Assembly: GCA_030650425.1 (NCBI GenBank)
Contig: JAUSED010000002.1
Coordinates: 2,388-66,387, forward strand
Direction of reading: 5' to 3'
Length of the DNA: 64,000 bases
From: Candidatus Omnitrophota bacterium
Lineage (GTDB): Bacteria; Omnitrophota; Gorgyraeia; Gygaellales; Profunditerraquicolaceae
A program made the position numbers and the translations under genes. Below, in pieces: positions 9,612 to 18,335 of the stretch (position 1 is the first letter of the stretch; each line of letters opens with the position of its first letter). The notes beneath the pieces are model-generated. The model was not told the origin of the DNA, did no database searches, and saw only the letters and a program-made list of their open reading frames with translations.

Positions 9612-12524
9612 TTACCTAAACACTATCGACCCTGCCTTACCTTCAACATTTCCCTGTCCACCGTTCACATTGATTGTGCCGGATATCGCTCCGCCCCTGC
9701 CCACGACATCAATCCTTCCGCCCTCTCCGCCTTGGGATGAGCTGGAGCCGCCTTGCGCGTGGATCACCGCTCCTGCTCCGCCGAATTTATCCGCGGATAA
9801 ACTTATCTGCCCGGCGCCGGCGCCTGTTCCTTCTTTTCCGTCGGCAGTAATTGCGCTGTAAATATAAAAATTCCCTCTCGCGTTAAGCTTGATCAGGCCG
9901 CCCTTATTGTTATTTACTCCGTTTGCCTCAATCGAGGCCTTCGGTTCGATATTTATATTGCCCGCTGAAATATCTAATTTTGAGTTTGGCGTATGAGTCA
10001 ACACGCTGTTTGAGCCAACCGTAAGGTTACCGCTGATCGTAATTTGGCCTTCGCCATCCTGTATCAACCTGCCGCCTTTACGCACCACTATTTCCTGACA
10101 ACCCTTATTCACCCCTGCCTTCAGCACCAAGGTAGAGGTATTTTTCCCTGTCCCGTCGCCGATAGTCAGTTTGCGGAAAGAAATTGGTTCATCCGCGTAA
10201 ACCGTAGCCTTACCGGCGATCTTTACTTCCGTGTTTAATCCCGGGGCCTTTCCGCCTAACCAAGAAGCGGCATTACTCCATTTCCCCTCGCCGCTGGCAA
10301 TATAGTCGCTGGATTCTTCTGCCGCCCGCGAACCAAAAGTTTTATCCGAGGTATCAAAAATAGACGGGTCATTGGCGTCGGATATTTTAATCAACAGCTT
10401 TTCTCCGGCTGCCACAGGCTGCCAAAGGTATTCTCCGCTATTGGCTATCTGCCCGGCGATCAGCGTATAATTTTTACCGCCATCGGAAGAATAGGCGATA
10501 TCAAATGGATAAGACGATTCGTATTCTCCGGCCAGCCAAACAATATCTCCTTGGCTATCCGCGCTAAAAGTTTCTCCGCCGTTAGGAGAAACAAGATTAA
10601 TCTTTCCCGGACGGTAATCTAAGGAAAACATCGATAAGCCGTCATTGCGGGAGAAAAAGGGGACTGTCCCCGCAGGGGACTGTCCCCTTTTTCCCGAGAA
10701 ATCCAACCGCGCCTTCAGGCTTGTCCCCGGCTTAAAATCCTTCTTGGAGGCGTAATAAAATTTTTCATTTACGCAGTCTTTCTTAAAACTTACGCCGCTA
10801 TCCGCGGAAACGCTTACGGATAGATCCGCGTTATCCGAAGAAGACATCTTCCATGAAGGTACGAGGATACGTGTCGGCTGATTGCTCGCGGCCAGTTCGC
10901 TTGATAAATAATAACCGCTGGTGGCATCGTCTTTAAGCACAAGTTCTCCGCTGGCTGAAACTTTGGTCCCGCTAAAAACCGCAAGGCTCACGCCCTCCTC
11001 TTTCCCCGTGGCCTCGATCACCGGAAGGGCCTCCGCGAATTTACGCGCGCGGATGGTCCCAAAATACATAATGTTTTTTCCGTTTCCTTCGCCGCCGGAG
11101 CGTAAAGACAAATACCCAGCGCTCGGCGCCGGATCAAACTGATAGCTTGCGCTCGCCTGCGGTGCATCCGTCATCGGAAAAACAGGGACTGTCCCCGAAG
11201 GGGACTGTCCCGTTTTTCCCTCAAATCTTTCAAAAGTCATCTTACCGTTATAAAGGACTATCCTGTAATTATATTTTTCTCCGGTAACCGTTGGCTTGGC
11301 CGCGCTGTCATTCGCCTTCACGATTCCATTGGGAGCGATGCAATGCTCTGCCCCTTTATATATAGAGGAATAAGCAAGGTAAATAGGGCTGTCATAAGAG
11401 GCTTCATTTTTATTCAGGATATCTAAACTGTTTTCAAAACCGCTTGTAAGCTGACAGGAATATTCAATCACCCCTTCTTTGAATTGGAAATTTTTACTGA
11501 TGATTTTAGCCGCGTCCAATTTAATCCCTTCATCACTTATTTCCGCGCTTCCATTTTGCTCGGTGTGGGTTACCCATTTATCTTTGTCTAAGGTGGGGGA
11601 TTGCCCCGCATTCTGCGGGGTCCCGCTTGGGCGGGAAAAATCTTCATAAAAATCAAAGGTCGCGTTCGGATTGGAAAGGTCTTCAGCTTCGCTATTACCA
11701 TAATATAGGTAAAGGGTTACTCCTTCCTTAGGGATCTGCGGAATTTTTACCCAGAACGTGGCTGTGCGGCTGCCTTTTTCGCCTTCTATGCTCTCTCTGT
11801 AAAAGGAGAGTGCTGTTTGGCGGTCAGCCGCGGTAAAACGGATATCTTTAAAATCCGCCAGCGTGTGGCCGTTTACATCTAGATCAACGTCTTTAACCGC
11901 GTCGCTTTCTCCAATTTTTAATTTTAATTGGTAATTATATAAATCCTGAGTGGGGGATCTTTTTATAGTTATTTCTTTACGGTAGAGAAACCCGCTTAAA
12001 GTTGGTTCGCCAAAATCTCCGGCTACCCCTTGAGTGTCGGTATAATTAATATTTACGCGGGAGAGCTTTGCGTCAGCCTCTAAAGTTTGGGCGCGCCAGC
12101 GCAAGCGGTTGCCGTTTACAAAACCGCTTTTCATTGGAACGCCGTTAGTCACCGGATAATAATGCAGGCCGTTGTCCGCGCTTACTTCAAAATTAATTTT
12201 TCCGGTAGCGGTATAATTCGCGGTGATCGATTTTATTTGTCCATCCGTGGCGATGAAACTATCCATAGCATAAACCCCTTGTGAAATTTTCGGGAGGCCT
12301 AAGGTCTGCGCATTATCCGCGCTCCAGATCAACGCTTTCTTTAAAGTCACCACTTCCGCGCTGGCGCAATTCACGAATATCACAAATAAAAAGAGACCCA
12401 AAAAAAACAGAAACAGTTTCCGAGCCAATCGGGAAACTGTTTCCGAGCCAATCGGGAAACTGTTTCCGAGCCAATCGGGACAGTGGGCTTTCACTCCAGT
12501 TATCCTCATCTCTTCTCTTTTCAT
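9612..12524 (-). CDS. Secreted DUF2341-domain protein with a C-terminal G8-like/Gly-rich region
   Basis: DFKDIRFTAAD..FWVKIPQIP..LYLYYGN motif; SPNGGE Ig-like module; hydrophobic signal ending ASA; start at 12524 chosen for its GAGG RBS. Confidence 0.8.
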   Translation of the reverse strand: MKREEMRITGVKAHCPDWLGNSFPIGSETVSRLARKLFLFFLGLFLFVIFVNCASAEVVTLKKALIWSADNAQTLGLPKISQGVYAMDSFIATDGQIKSITANYTATGKINFEVSADNGLHYYPVTNGVPMKSGFVNGNRLRWRAQTLEADAKLSRVNINYTDTQGVAGDFGEPTLSGFLYRKEITIKRSPTQDLYNYQLKLKIGESDAVKDVDLDVNGHTLADFKDIRFTAADRQTALSFYRESIEGEKGSRTATFWVKIPQIPKEGVTLYLYYGNSEAEDLSNPNATFDFYEDFSRPSGTPQNAGQSPTLDKDKWVTHTEQNGSAEISDEGIKLDAAKIISKNFQFKEGVIEYSCQLTSGFENSLDILNKNEASYDSPIYLAYSSIYKGAEHCIAPNGIVKANDSAAKPTVTGEKYNYRIVLYNGKMTFERFEGKTGQSPSGTVPVFPMTDAPQASASYQFDPAPSAGYLSLRSGGEGNGKNIMYFGTIRARKFAEALPVIEATGKEEGVSLAVFSGTKVSASGELVLKDDATSGYYLSSELAASNQPTRILVPSWKMSSSDNADLSVSVSADSGVSFKKDCVNEKFYYASKKDFKPGTSLKARLDFSGKRGQSPAGTVPFFSRNDGLSMFSLDYRPGKINLVSPNGGETFSADSQGDIVWLAGEYESSYPFDIAYSSDGGKNYTLIAGQIANSGEYLWQPVAAGEKLLIKISDANDPSIFDTSDKTFGSRAAEESSDYIASGEGKWSNAASWLGGKAPGLNTEVKIAGKATVYADEPISFRKLTIGDGTGKNTSTLVLKAGVNKGCQEIVVRKGGRLIQDGEGQITISGNLTVGSNSVLTHTPNSKLDISAGNINIEPKASIEANGVNNNKGGLIKLNARGNFYIYSAITADGKEGTGAGAGQISLSADKFGGAGAVIHAQGGSSSSQGGEGGRIDVVGRGGAISGTINVNGGQGNVEGKAGSIVFR
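10648..10696. repeat. Palindrome doublet GGGGACTGTCCCC-gca-GGGGACTGTCCCC inside the CDS
   Basis: Units at 10659-10671 and 10675-10687 with flanking A/T arms; encodes KRGQSPAGTVPFF. Confidence 0.9.
11176..11219. repeat. Second GGGGACTGTCCCC doublet inside the CDS
   Basis: Units at 11184-11196 and 11200-11212; encodes KTGQSPSGTVPVF. Confidence 0.9.
12409..12490. repeat. 23-bp-period palindrome array 1 (GGAAACWGTTTCC + GAGCCAATCG, x3)
   Basis: Units at 12409, 12432, 12455; terminal variant GGACAGTGGG at 12478. Confidence 0.95.
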
Positions 12525-12567
12525 CTTTTGCCTCTTTTTTTCTGTATCTCTATGATAAATATACATT

Positions 12568-12600
12568 ATTATAGAGTACAAAAACAATCGTAAAACTACT
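12568..12600 (-). promoter_or_regulatory. Putative promoter of the DUF2341/giant-protein operon
   Basis: Perfect TATAAT at 12573-12568; no good -35 element, so possibly activator dependent. Confidence 0.4.
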
Positions 12601-12636
12601 CAATAAGCTTGCGCATATTACTCTACCCCTAAGACT

Positions 12637-12718
12637 GGAAACAGTTTCCAATCTGTGAAGGAAACTGTTTCCATCCCAAAGCGGAAACTGTTTCCGAACC
12701 AATCGGGACAGTGGGCTA
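12637..12718. repeat. 23-bp-period palindrome array 2
   Basis: Units at 12637, 12660, 12683; spacers AATCTGTGAA, ATCCCAAAGC, GAACCAATCG; terminal GGACAGTGGG at 12706. Confidence 0.95.
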
Positions 12719-12764
12719 TCTTTCAGATTGGACATTTCAGATTGGACATTTCCCCTCATAAAAA

Positions 12765-14117
12765 TCATCTCACAACCTCCCAATGTCCACCTTTTGCAGG
12801 ACCAATTCGCTTTATTAAACCTTTCTTCTTTAACCGTCGTATATTCTTATCAATGGCCGTAGTGCTAATTCCTATGCTCTTTGAAAGTTCTTCCTTGGAA
12901 ATTACGGGATCCCTTTTTACAAGAACTAGGATTTTCTTCTGGCTTTCTACCAACCCTTCTACCAACCCTTCTACCCACCCTTCTTTACTTTCTTCCCGCA
13001 GGCTATATGATGGCCTACGGAATATAATTCTAAAGAAGGTGCCGCTTTTGATCACCGGATATGGAAGGCCGGATTTCTTCATTAAATCCCTCATCCGCCG
13101 GATACCCATCCCTATGCGCTCTACTTTACCCATCCGGGCAAAAAGATCGGCAATAAGTTCGTTGCGTCGGACCGAAAGATTAATAAGAGAGCGCGGAGTT
13201 AACCCTTCGGGTATTCCTCCCGGATTTCTTATTTCCACGCGGTCTTCATGCACCTCAACCATACTACTCGTTCCCCTCATACTGTAATCGCGATGAATAA
13301 TGGCATTAGCCACGGCTTCACGCAACGCCTCTATAGGCATCTCGTAAATATCTCTGCGATTTACTCCCTGTATTTCACTGCGAACATTAAGGTGCTTCTC
13401 GAGAAAAGTGATTGCCCTATTAAACTGGGTTAGAAGGTCATCCTGAACATCTTCCCGATCATAAATGTGGATTCTGTTTTTTCCTTTAAAAGCCGCTAGG
13501 ATCATTTCGCACTGCAAGATATGCCGCCGCGGCTTTTTTGCGAAGAAAAGCACGCCGGCATTTTTTATGTGCTCACCATCGCACAGATTAAGGCTTGAGA
13601 GAATTCTCTGCGTGTCTATCGAAGAAACATGAATATTTGCTTCTTTGAAAAATTCATTTATTTTTGATTCATCAATATCGCTAAAATTTGCTTCTGTATT
13701 TATTTGTTCTTCAAATGATGATTTAAAAGCTTGCTTGAATAAAAGTTCTATCTCCCTGCGGTTCATCTTTTGCGTCACTGCGTCCAACCGCCTAAAATAG
13801 CCATCACCGCAACTGTAGGGTTTATCCATTCCCTCTTCTATATCAATAACAATAATCGTCTCCACCTGTGCAATCCTTTTAATTGAAATTTGTGGTTCGC
13901 AATGACGGGCGATGTCGATAATTTCCGCTTTGAGTTTATTAGTTAATTTCTCGCCGGTAACCCTCCCGTCATCTGTAATGCCAAGAAGAATATAGCCGCC
14001 TTTTGTATTTGAAAAGGCGGTAATATCCCGGTTAATTCTGGAAGTATAATGTTCCTTAAATTCAACCGTCAATCCTTCGCCTTCAGATATTAGTAACCTT
14101 AGGTTTTCTGATTTCAT
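12765..14117 (-). CDS. Schlafen/AlbA_2 + HATPase_c_4 + winged-HTH protein (RecG-like C-terminal family transcriptional regulator)
   Basis: EGLTVEFKE, AFSNTKGGYILLGITDDG, ALREAVANAIIHRDY, ERIGMGI, IKRIGPAKGGHWEV; start at 14117 avoids overlap with the upstream gene. Confidence 0.88.
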   Translation of the reverse strand: MKSENLRLLISEGEGLTVEFKEHYTSRINRDITAFSNTKGGYILLGITDDGRVTGEKLTNKLKAEIIDIARHCEPQISIKRIAQVETIIVIDIEEGMDKPYSCGDGYFRRLDAVTQKMNRREIELLFKQAFKSSFEEQINTEANFSDIDESKINEFFKEANIHVSSIDTQRILSSLNLCDGEHIKNAGVLFFAKKPRRHILQCEMILAAFKGKNRIHIYDREDVQDDLLTQFNRAITFLEKHLNVRSEIQGVNRRDIYEMPIEALREAVANAIIHRDYSMRGTSSMVEVHEDRVEIRNPGGIPEGLTPRSLINLSVRRNELIADLFARMGKVERIGMGIRRMRDLMKKSGLPYPVIKSGTFFRIIFRRPSYSLREESKEGWVEGLVEGLVESQKKILVLVKRDPVISKEELSKSIGISTTAIDKNIRRLKKKGLIKRIGPAKGGHWEVVR

Positions 14118-14127
14118 ATAATGCCCG

Positions 14128-14766
14128 TTACGCATCAATAATTTTGTTCTCAAAAGAGTATTTTATCAGGTCGCTTGTCCGGTGCAGATCCAGCTTCTTA
14201 AGTATGGCATTCTTATAGTTTTCTACTGTCCGGCGGCTTAAAAAGAGCACCTCGGCTATTTCTTTAGCCGTCTTACCTTCTGTAACCAAGCGTAAAATGT
14301 CCAATTCCCGTTCATTTAACAACTGTTCAATCGGCTGTTTTTTGGGCTCCTTGGCCGCTTGCGCTAAATATTCAGCCGTAGCTTGGCCTAAATAGGTTTT
14401 GCCGCTTGAGACGCGCGAGAGCGCCAAAATTAACTCTTCGGCAACATTATCCTTGTTTAGGTAGCCGCTCACCCCCTGCCGCAAGGCCTTTAAGACATAC
14501 GCTCCCAATTTATGCATCGTAACAATAATTATTTTGGTTGCCGGCGAAATCCTTTTTACCCGCGCGATAATATCCAGCCCTCCAAGCTTCGGCATTGAAA
14601 TATCCAGAAGCAAAATATCGGGCTTATAGTCTTGCGTTATTTTCAAAGCCTCTTCTCCATTGGAGGCCTCGGCGCAGATTTCATATTCAGTATGCTTGGC
14701 TAATACGCTCTTAATCCCCGCGCGGATTATACTATGGTCATCAACGATTGCGATCTTTATAGCCAT
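14128..14766 (-). CDS. NarL/LuxR-family response regulator
   Basis: IVDDH..LLLDISMP receiver domain; LNERELDILRLVTEGKTAKEIAEVLFLSRRTVENY LuxR HTH. Confidence 0.95.
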   Translation of the reverse strand: MAIKIAIVDDHSIIRAGIKSVLAKHTEYEICAEASNGEEALKITQDYKPDILLLDISMPKLGGLDIIARVKRISPATKIIIVTMHKLGAYVLKALRQGVSGYLNKDNVAEELILALSRVSSGKTYLGQATAEYLAQAAKEPKKQPIEQLLNERELDILRLVTEGKTAKEIAEVLFLSRRTVENYKNAILKKLDLHRTSDLIKYSFENKIIDA

Positions 14767-14769
14767 ATT

Positions 14770-16158
14770 TTAAATCGGGAGCACCACGTTAATCGTAGTT
14801 CCCTTTCCGAGTCCGGACTCGATATGCATTGAACCGTCTAAAACTTCCACCCTCTCTTTTAAACCTACAAGCCCTAAACGCAGCTTATCTTCCCTGCGCC
14901 TTAACAATCTCTGCGTGACTAACTGGTAATCGAAACCCCGGCCATTGTCATGATAAAATAATTCCAGGGAATTTTTATTCCTATTCAAACGCACCTCGAC
15001 ATTTTTAGCCTTAGCGTGCTTAGCCATATTCGTAAGCAGCTCCTGAATTATACGATAAATTAATAAACTGTACTCCGGGGGTAATTCAAAATTGTTATCT
15101 GCCTTCTGAAAAATATATTCCACTCCGGTAAGTTGTTTCGTCTCTATAAGCAGCGACTCAAGGCTCTCTAATAACCCTACCTCGTCTAAATCCGGCGGCC
15201 TAAGCAAAAAAGCTATATTGTGGCTTTTATCAATAAGCGTTGAAGCTATCTTTTTACATTCTTCAACCTTTGTAATTAAATCTTCCGGGGACACATTGCT
15301 TTTAAAGCAATGTGTCCCCGGAAACCCTGCTAACTCTTGTGAGATCAGCCCCAAGTAAATCTTCAGCGCGCTTAAATCCTGGCCCATTTCATCATGCACC
15401 GCTGTGGAAAGTTTTTTGCGTTCACTCTCCTCCATATTGATCAAGCGGTTAAAAAGCTGCTGGCGATAAGAGTGTTCTTTTATCCTGCGCCGGTATACTG
15501 AAACCGCGATCAGCGTCCCGATAAGCAGCGCGGCCATTAAACTAAGCCTCAAGAAAAGAACCGCCTGCTCCTTATCCGCATTAGCCAAAAACATCTGCCG
15601 CTCAACCTCTTGCAGATTAGCCTTACCCATAGAGCTATCCAGGAATTCGTCTATTTTATAAACGCGGTTTTCAAACGTCATCAGCAGATTATTCACAGTA
15701 TCGCTCGTTTTGTCGGATTGCCCCAGATCAACCAATTCCACTATTTTTGCGCCCAACGCCAGAAGCTCATTGAAAGACGCGGTTATCTGATTTGCCCAAT
15801 CTTTCTGCTGCGCCAGATAAGCGCTATCTTGGTAAATCTTAAGCTGTTTTTTAAATTTATCCCCGGCGCCTAAGATGCTATTTATGTTGACGGCCATAGG
15901 CAGGGCGCCCAGATAACGCGACGATTTCCAATATACATAGTTACGCACACCCATCGCGTAGATTGTATTGCTTATCCGCATTTCAAGTACCGCTCCTTCA
16001 AGCCTAAGGCTATGCTTTCCTAAATCTTCGATTTTTCGGCTAAGCCCGTTGATCTGAGAAATGGAGACCAAGCCGATTACCAACGTAAGCAGAATTAAAA
16101 ACGCGAAAGCAAAGAGAAGTTTTTTTTCCTTAAAATTTATCGGCTTTATATTTTCCAT
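14770..16158 (-). CDS. Membrane sensor histidine kinase (HisKA_3)
   Basis: Two TM segments; ERKKLSTAVHDEMGQ H-box; QELLTNMAKHAKA; DNGRGF; GLVGLKERV. Confidence 0.93.
   Translation of the reverse strand: MENIKPINFKEKKLLFAFAFLILLTLVIGLVSISQINGLSRKIEDLGKHSLRLEGAVLEMRISNTIYAMGVRNYVYWKSSRYLGALPMAVNINSILGAGDKFKKQLKIYQDSAYLAQQKDWANQITASFNELLALGAKIVELVDLGQSDKTSDTVNNLLMTFENRVYKIDEFLDSSMGKANLQEVERQMFLANADKEQAVLFLRLSLMAALLIGTLIAVSVYRRRIKEHSYRQQLFNRLINMEESERKKLSTAVHDEMGQDLSALKIYLGLISQELAGFPGTHCFKSNVSPEDLITKVEECKKIASTLIDKSHNIAFLLRPPDLDEVGLLESLESLLIETKQLTGVEYIFQKADNNFELPPEYSLLIYRIIQELLTNMAKHAKAKNVEVRLNRNKNSLELFYHDNGRGFDYQLVTQRLLRRREDKLRLGLVGLKERVEVLDGSMHIESGLGKGTTINVVLPI
15283..15323. repeat. Perfect 41-bp palindrome inside the kinase gene
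   Basis: TTCCGGGGACACATTGCTTT-T-AAAGCAATGTGTCCCCGGAA. Confidence 0.92.
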
Positions 16159-16165
16159 TTATACT

Positions 16166-16270
16166 GGAAACTGTTTCCAATCTGTGAGGGAAACTGTTTC
16201 CGAGCCAATCGGGAAACTGTTTCCCGAACAACTCGGAAACTGTTTCCGCTTTGGGATGGAAACTGTTTCG
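16166..16270. repeat. 23-bp-period palindrome array 3 (5 units, 4 spacers)
   Basis: Units at 16166, 16189, 16212, 16235, 16258; spacers AATCTGTGAG, GAGCCAATCG, CGAACAACTC, GCTTTGGGAT. Confidence 0.95.
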
Positions 16271-16271
16271 C

Positions 16272-18335
16272 CTACTTTTGACTTTTCTCTTCTTGCCATT
16301 TCTCGAACTCTTTGACACGCTGCAGCGCCTCTTTGGTCCAGTCATCGTCGGGATCACCGTAGGAAACACGCTTGCGCCAGTAATCCAGGGCCTTAGCGCT
16401 ATCCCCTTTCCCTTCGTTAAATAAAGCTAAGTTAGCATAGGCTGCCGCGTAATCCGGATTAACGGAAATTGCCTTAAGATACATCGCTTCGGCCTCTCTG
16501 GGCTTACCCTCCTGTTCATAAATAATCCCTAAATTATTGTAGGCCGGAGCTAATTTATTATCCAATTGAATGGCTTTAAGGAAAAATTCTTTAGCATCCT
16601 TAGGGTTAGCATCGGCTTGCGCGCGCAGCCCTTTTTGATAATAATCATTGGCATTATCCTGAAGCAAAAAGTGACTGTCACTTTTGTGACTGTCACTTTT
16701 TTTCTCTCCCGATGGTAAATCCATAGTTGCCTCTTCCAATGCCTCATCCCGAGCCACCTTTTTTTGCAGGTTTTCGGGAAGATACTCATTGGGAATAAAC
16801 TGCGTTATTTTCTTGCCTTTTAAATCCATATCCCCGCGGATGATATGCGGAGTAATAAAGATGATAACCTCGGTTTTGGTAATCGATTTATCGCGGTTGC
16901 TGAAAAGCGCGCCGAGAAACGGAATCTTGGAAATTATTGGCACCCCTACAATATCATCAGTCTCCTCAGTCTTAGTCATCCCGGCAAGCACAATCATCGT
17001 TCCGTCCTTAACCTTGACTGTCGTCTCTGACTGTGAAGTTTGAACAATCGGCACAAGGCTCCCCAACGCTGTGGTGAGCGTTTGTTTAACCGAGCTGACT
17101 TCGGGTTTAAGCTTCATCGTGATAAAACCGTCGGCACCGATCCGGGGGACGATTTTTAATTTCACGCCCACATCGACAAACTCTACCGACTCCGAAGTAA
17201 CTGTGGTCGAGGTTGCCTGGCTCTGCGTCTGAGTGATATAAGCGTCACGCTCGCCAACCATCAGGTTGGCTTCTTCATTGTTCACAATCGCGATCCTCGG
17301 CTGTGAAATGACATTGGTCTTGCCGTAAGTTTCCAGGAATTTTATTAAAATATGATTTCCGCTGGTCGTGGTATTCACGAGGATCTGCTGGTAGTTGGTC
17401 AAAGTAATAGGAAAGTAACCGGTAAAGGTAATTCCATTATTTACCGCGGCTTTCATGATCTCCTGCCAATCTATCCCTCTTTGAAACTCTTTGCTTAAGG
17501 TCAGCTCAATTACATCCGCTTCCACATAAACCTGCCGGGATTCCTCATCTAACTCTCTTACCAGCCTTTCTATTTTCTCCATCTTCTTCGGCAGGTCGCT
17601 GACGATCGCCTTTTGGCTTCTTTCGTCAATAATCACCTCGCCTGTCCCCGGGGTGATCGCCGCGTTCAATTGGGTTTTGGCGTCGGCGGCCTTAGCGTAA
17701 TTAAGGTTAAATACCGACGTACCCAGCGGCTGGTCCAGTTCAGTAATCGTTTCCTTCAATAATTTCAGCTTTTCCGGTGTATCGATAAGTATGACTGTGC
17801 CGCTTGTTTCATCGACGACGATTTTACCTACGTCGGATTTTAATTGCCCCAGCGCGTTAAAAATCGTCGCGGGCTTGGCATAAGTAAGCTTAACCATTTC
17901 TAAGTTTCTCTGGTCAATGTAATCTTTACCGTAAATTTTCTTGTATTCTGCCGCGGTCATCACATAATAAACGTTTCCCTTTTTGTACGAAGCAAGGTCC
18001 TGCGTAAGCAGAATGATATCCAAGACATCGTCAAATACAACATTACTCAAATAGATGGTAATGCGCCCGGATATGCCTTTACTGGGGACGATGGTCTTTC
18101 CGGTTTTAAGGGAGATGATCCGCAAAAGTTCGACAATTTCAACATTCTTCAGGTCGAGAGAGATTTTATCTTGCTCAAGCGCTCCCTTTTGACCCGCCTG
18201 TTTTACCTCGGCGGCGTAAGTCGAAAGCGGGGCAATCAAGAAAAAGGTGACAAAGGTGACAAATAGGGACAGCGCCAATTTTTTCAATAGCCTTTGGATT
18301 AGTAAAAAATGGTCGCTGTCCCTATTTATCCTCAT
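16272..18335 (-). CDS. Secretin (GspD/PilQ family) with C-terminal TPR repeats
   Basis: ISLDLKNVEI N0 domain; secretin core EFVDVGVKLKIVP..VPIISKIPFLGALF..EVIIFITPHII; TPR AYNNLGIIY. Confidence 0.92.
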   Translation of the reverse strand: MRINRDSDHFLLIQRLLKKLALSLFVTFVTFFLIAPLSTYAAEVKQAGQKGALEQDKISLDLKNVEIVELLRIISLKTGKTIVPSKGISGRITIYLSNVVFDDVLDIILLTQDLASYKKGNVYYVMTAAEYKKIYGKDYIDQRNLEMVKLTYAKPATIFNALGQLKSDVGKIVVDETSGTVILIDTPEKLKLLKETITELDQPLGTSVFNLNYAKAADAKTQLNAAITPGTGEVIIDERSQKAIVSDLPKKMEKIERLVRELDEESRQVYVEADVIELTLSKEFQRGIDWQEIMKAAVNNGITFTGYFPITLTNYQQILVNTTTSGNHILIKFLETYGKTNVISQPRIAIVNNEEANLMVGERDAYITQTQSQATSTTVTSESVEFVDVGVKLKIVPRIGADGFITMKLKPEVSSVKQTLTTALGSLVPIVQTSQSETTVKVKDGTMIVLAGMTKTEETDDIVGVPIISKIPFLGALFSNRDKSITKTEVIIFITPHIIRGDMDLKGKKITQFIPNEYLPENLQKKVARDEALEEATMDLPSGEKKSDSHKSDSHFLLQDNANDYYQKGLRAQADANPKDAKEFFLKAIQLDNKLAPAYNNLGIIYEQEGKPREAEAMYLKAISVNPDYAAAYANLALFNEGKGDSAKALDYWRKRVSYGDPDDDWTKEALQRVKEFEKWQEEKSQK

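Noticed and set aside
12948-12985. 12-bp tandem repeat encoding EGWVEGLVEGLVE
   Set aside because: Short linker repeats before the HTH are typical of this protein family.
16166-16270. CRISPR array interpretation of the repeat-spacer arrays
   Set aside because: Repeats are 13 bp and spacers 10 bp, both too short. Spacers are reused between loci and no cas genes are in the window.
12550-16369. ORFs 12550-12783 (-), 12655-13287 (+), 16130-16369 (-), 16061-16315 (+)
   Set aside because: They read through the arrays (ETVS/GNSF/KLFP peptides) or are antisense to real genes, and show no independent coding signal.
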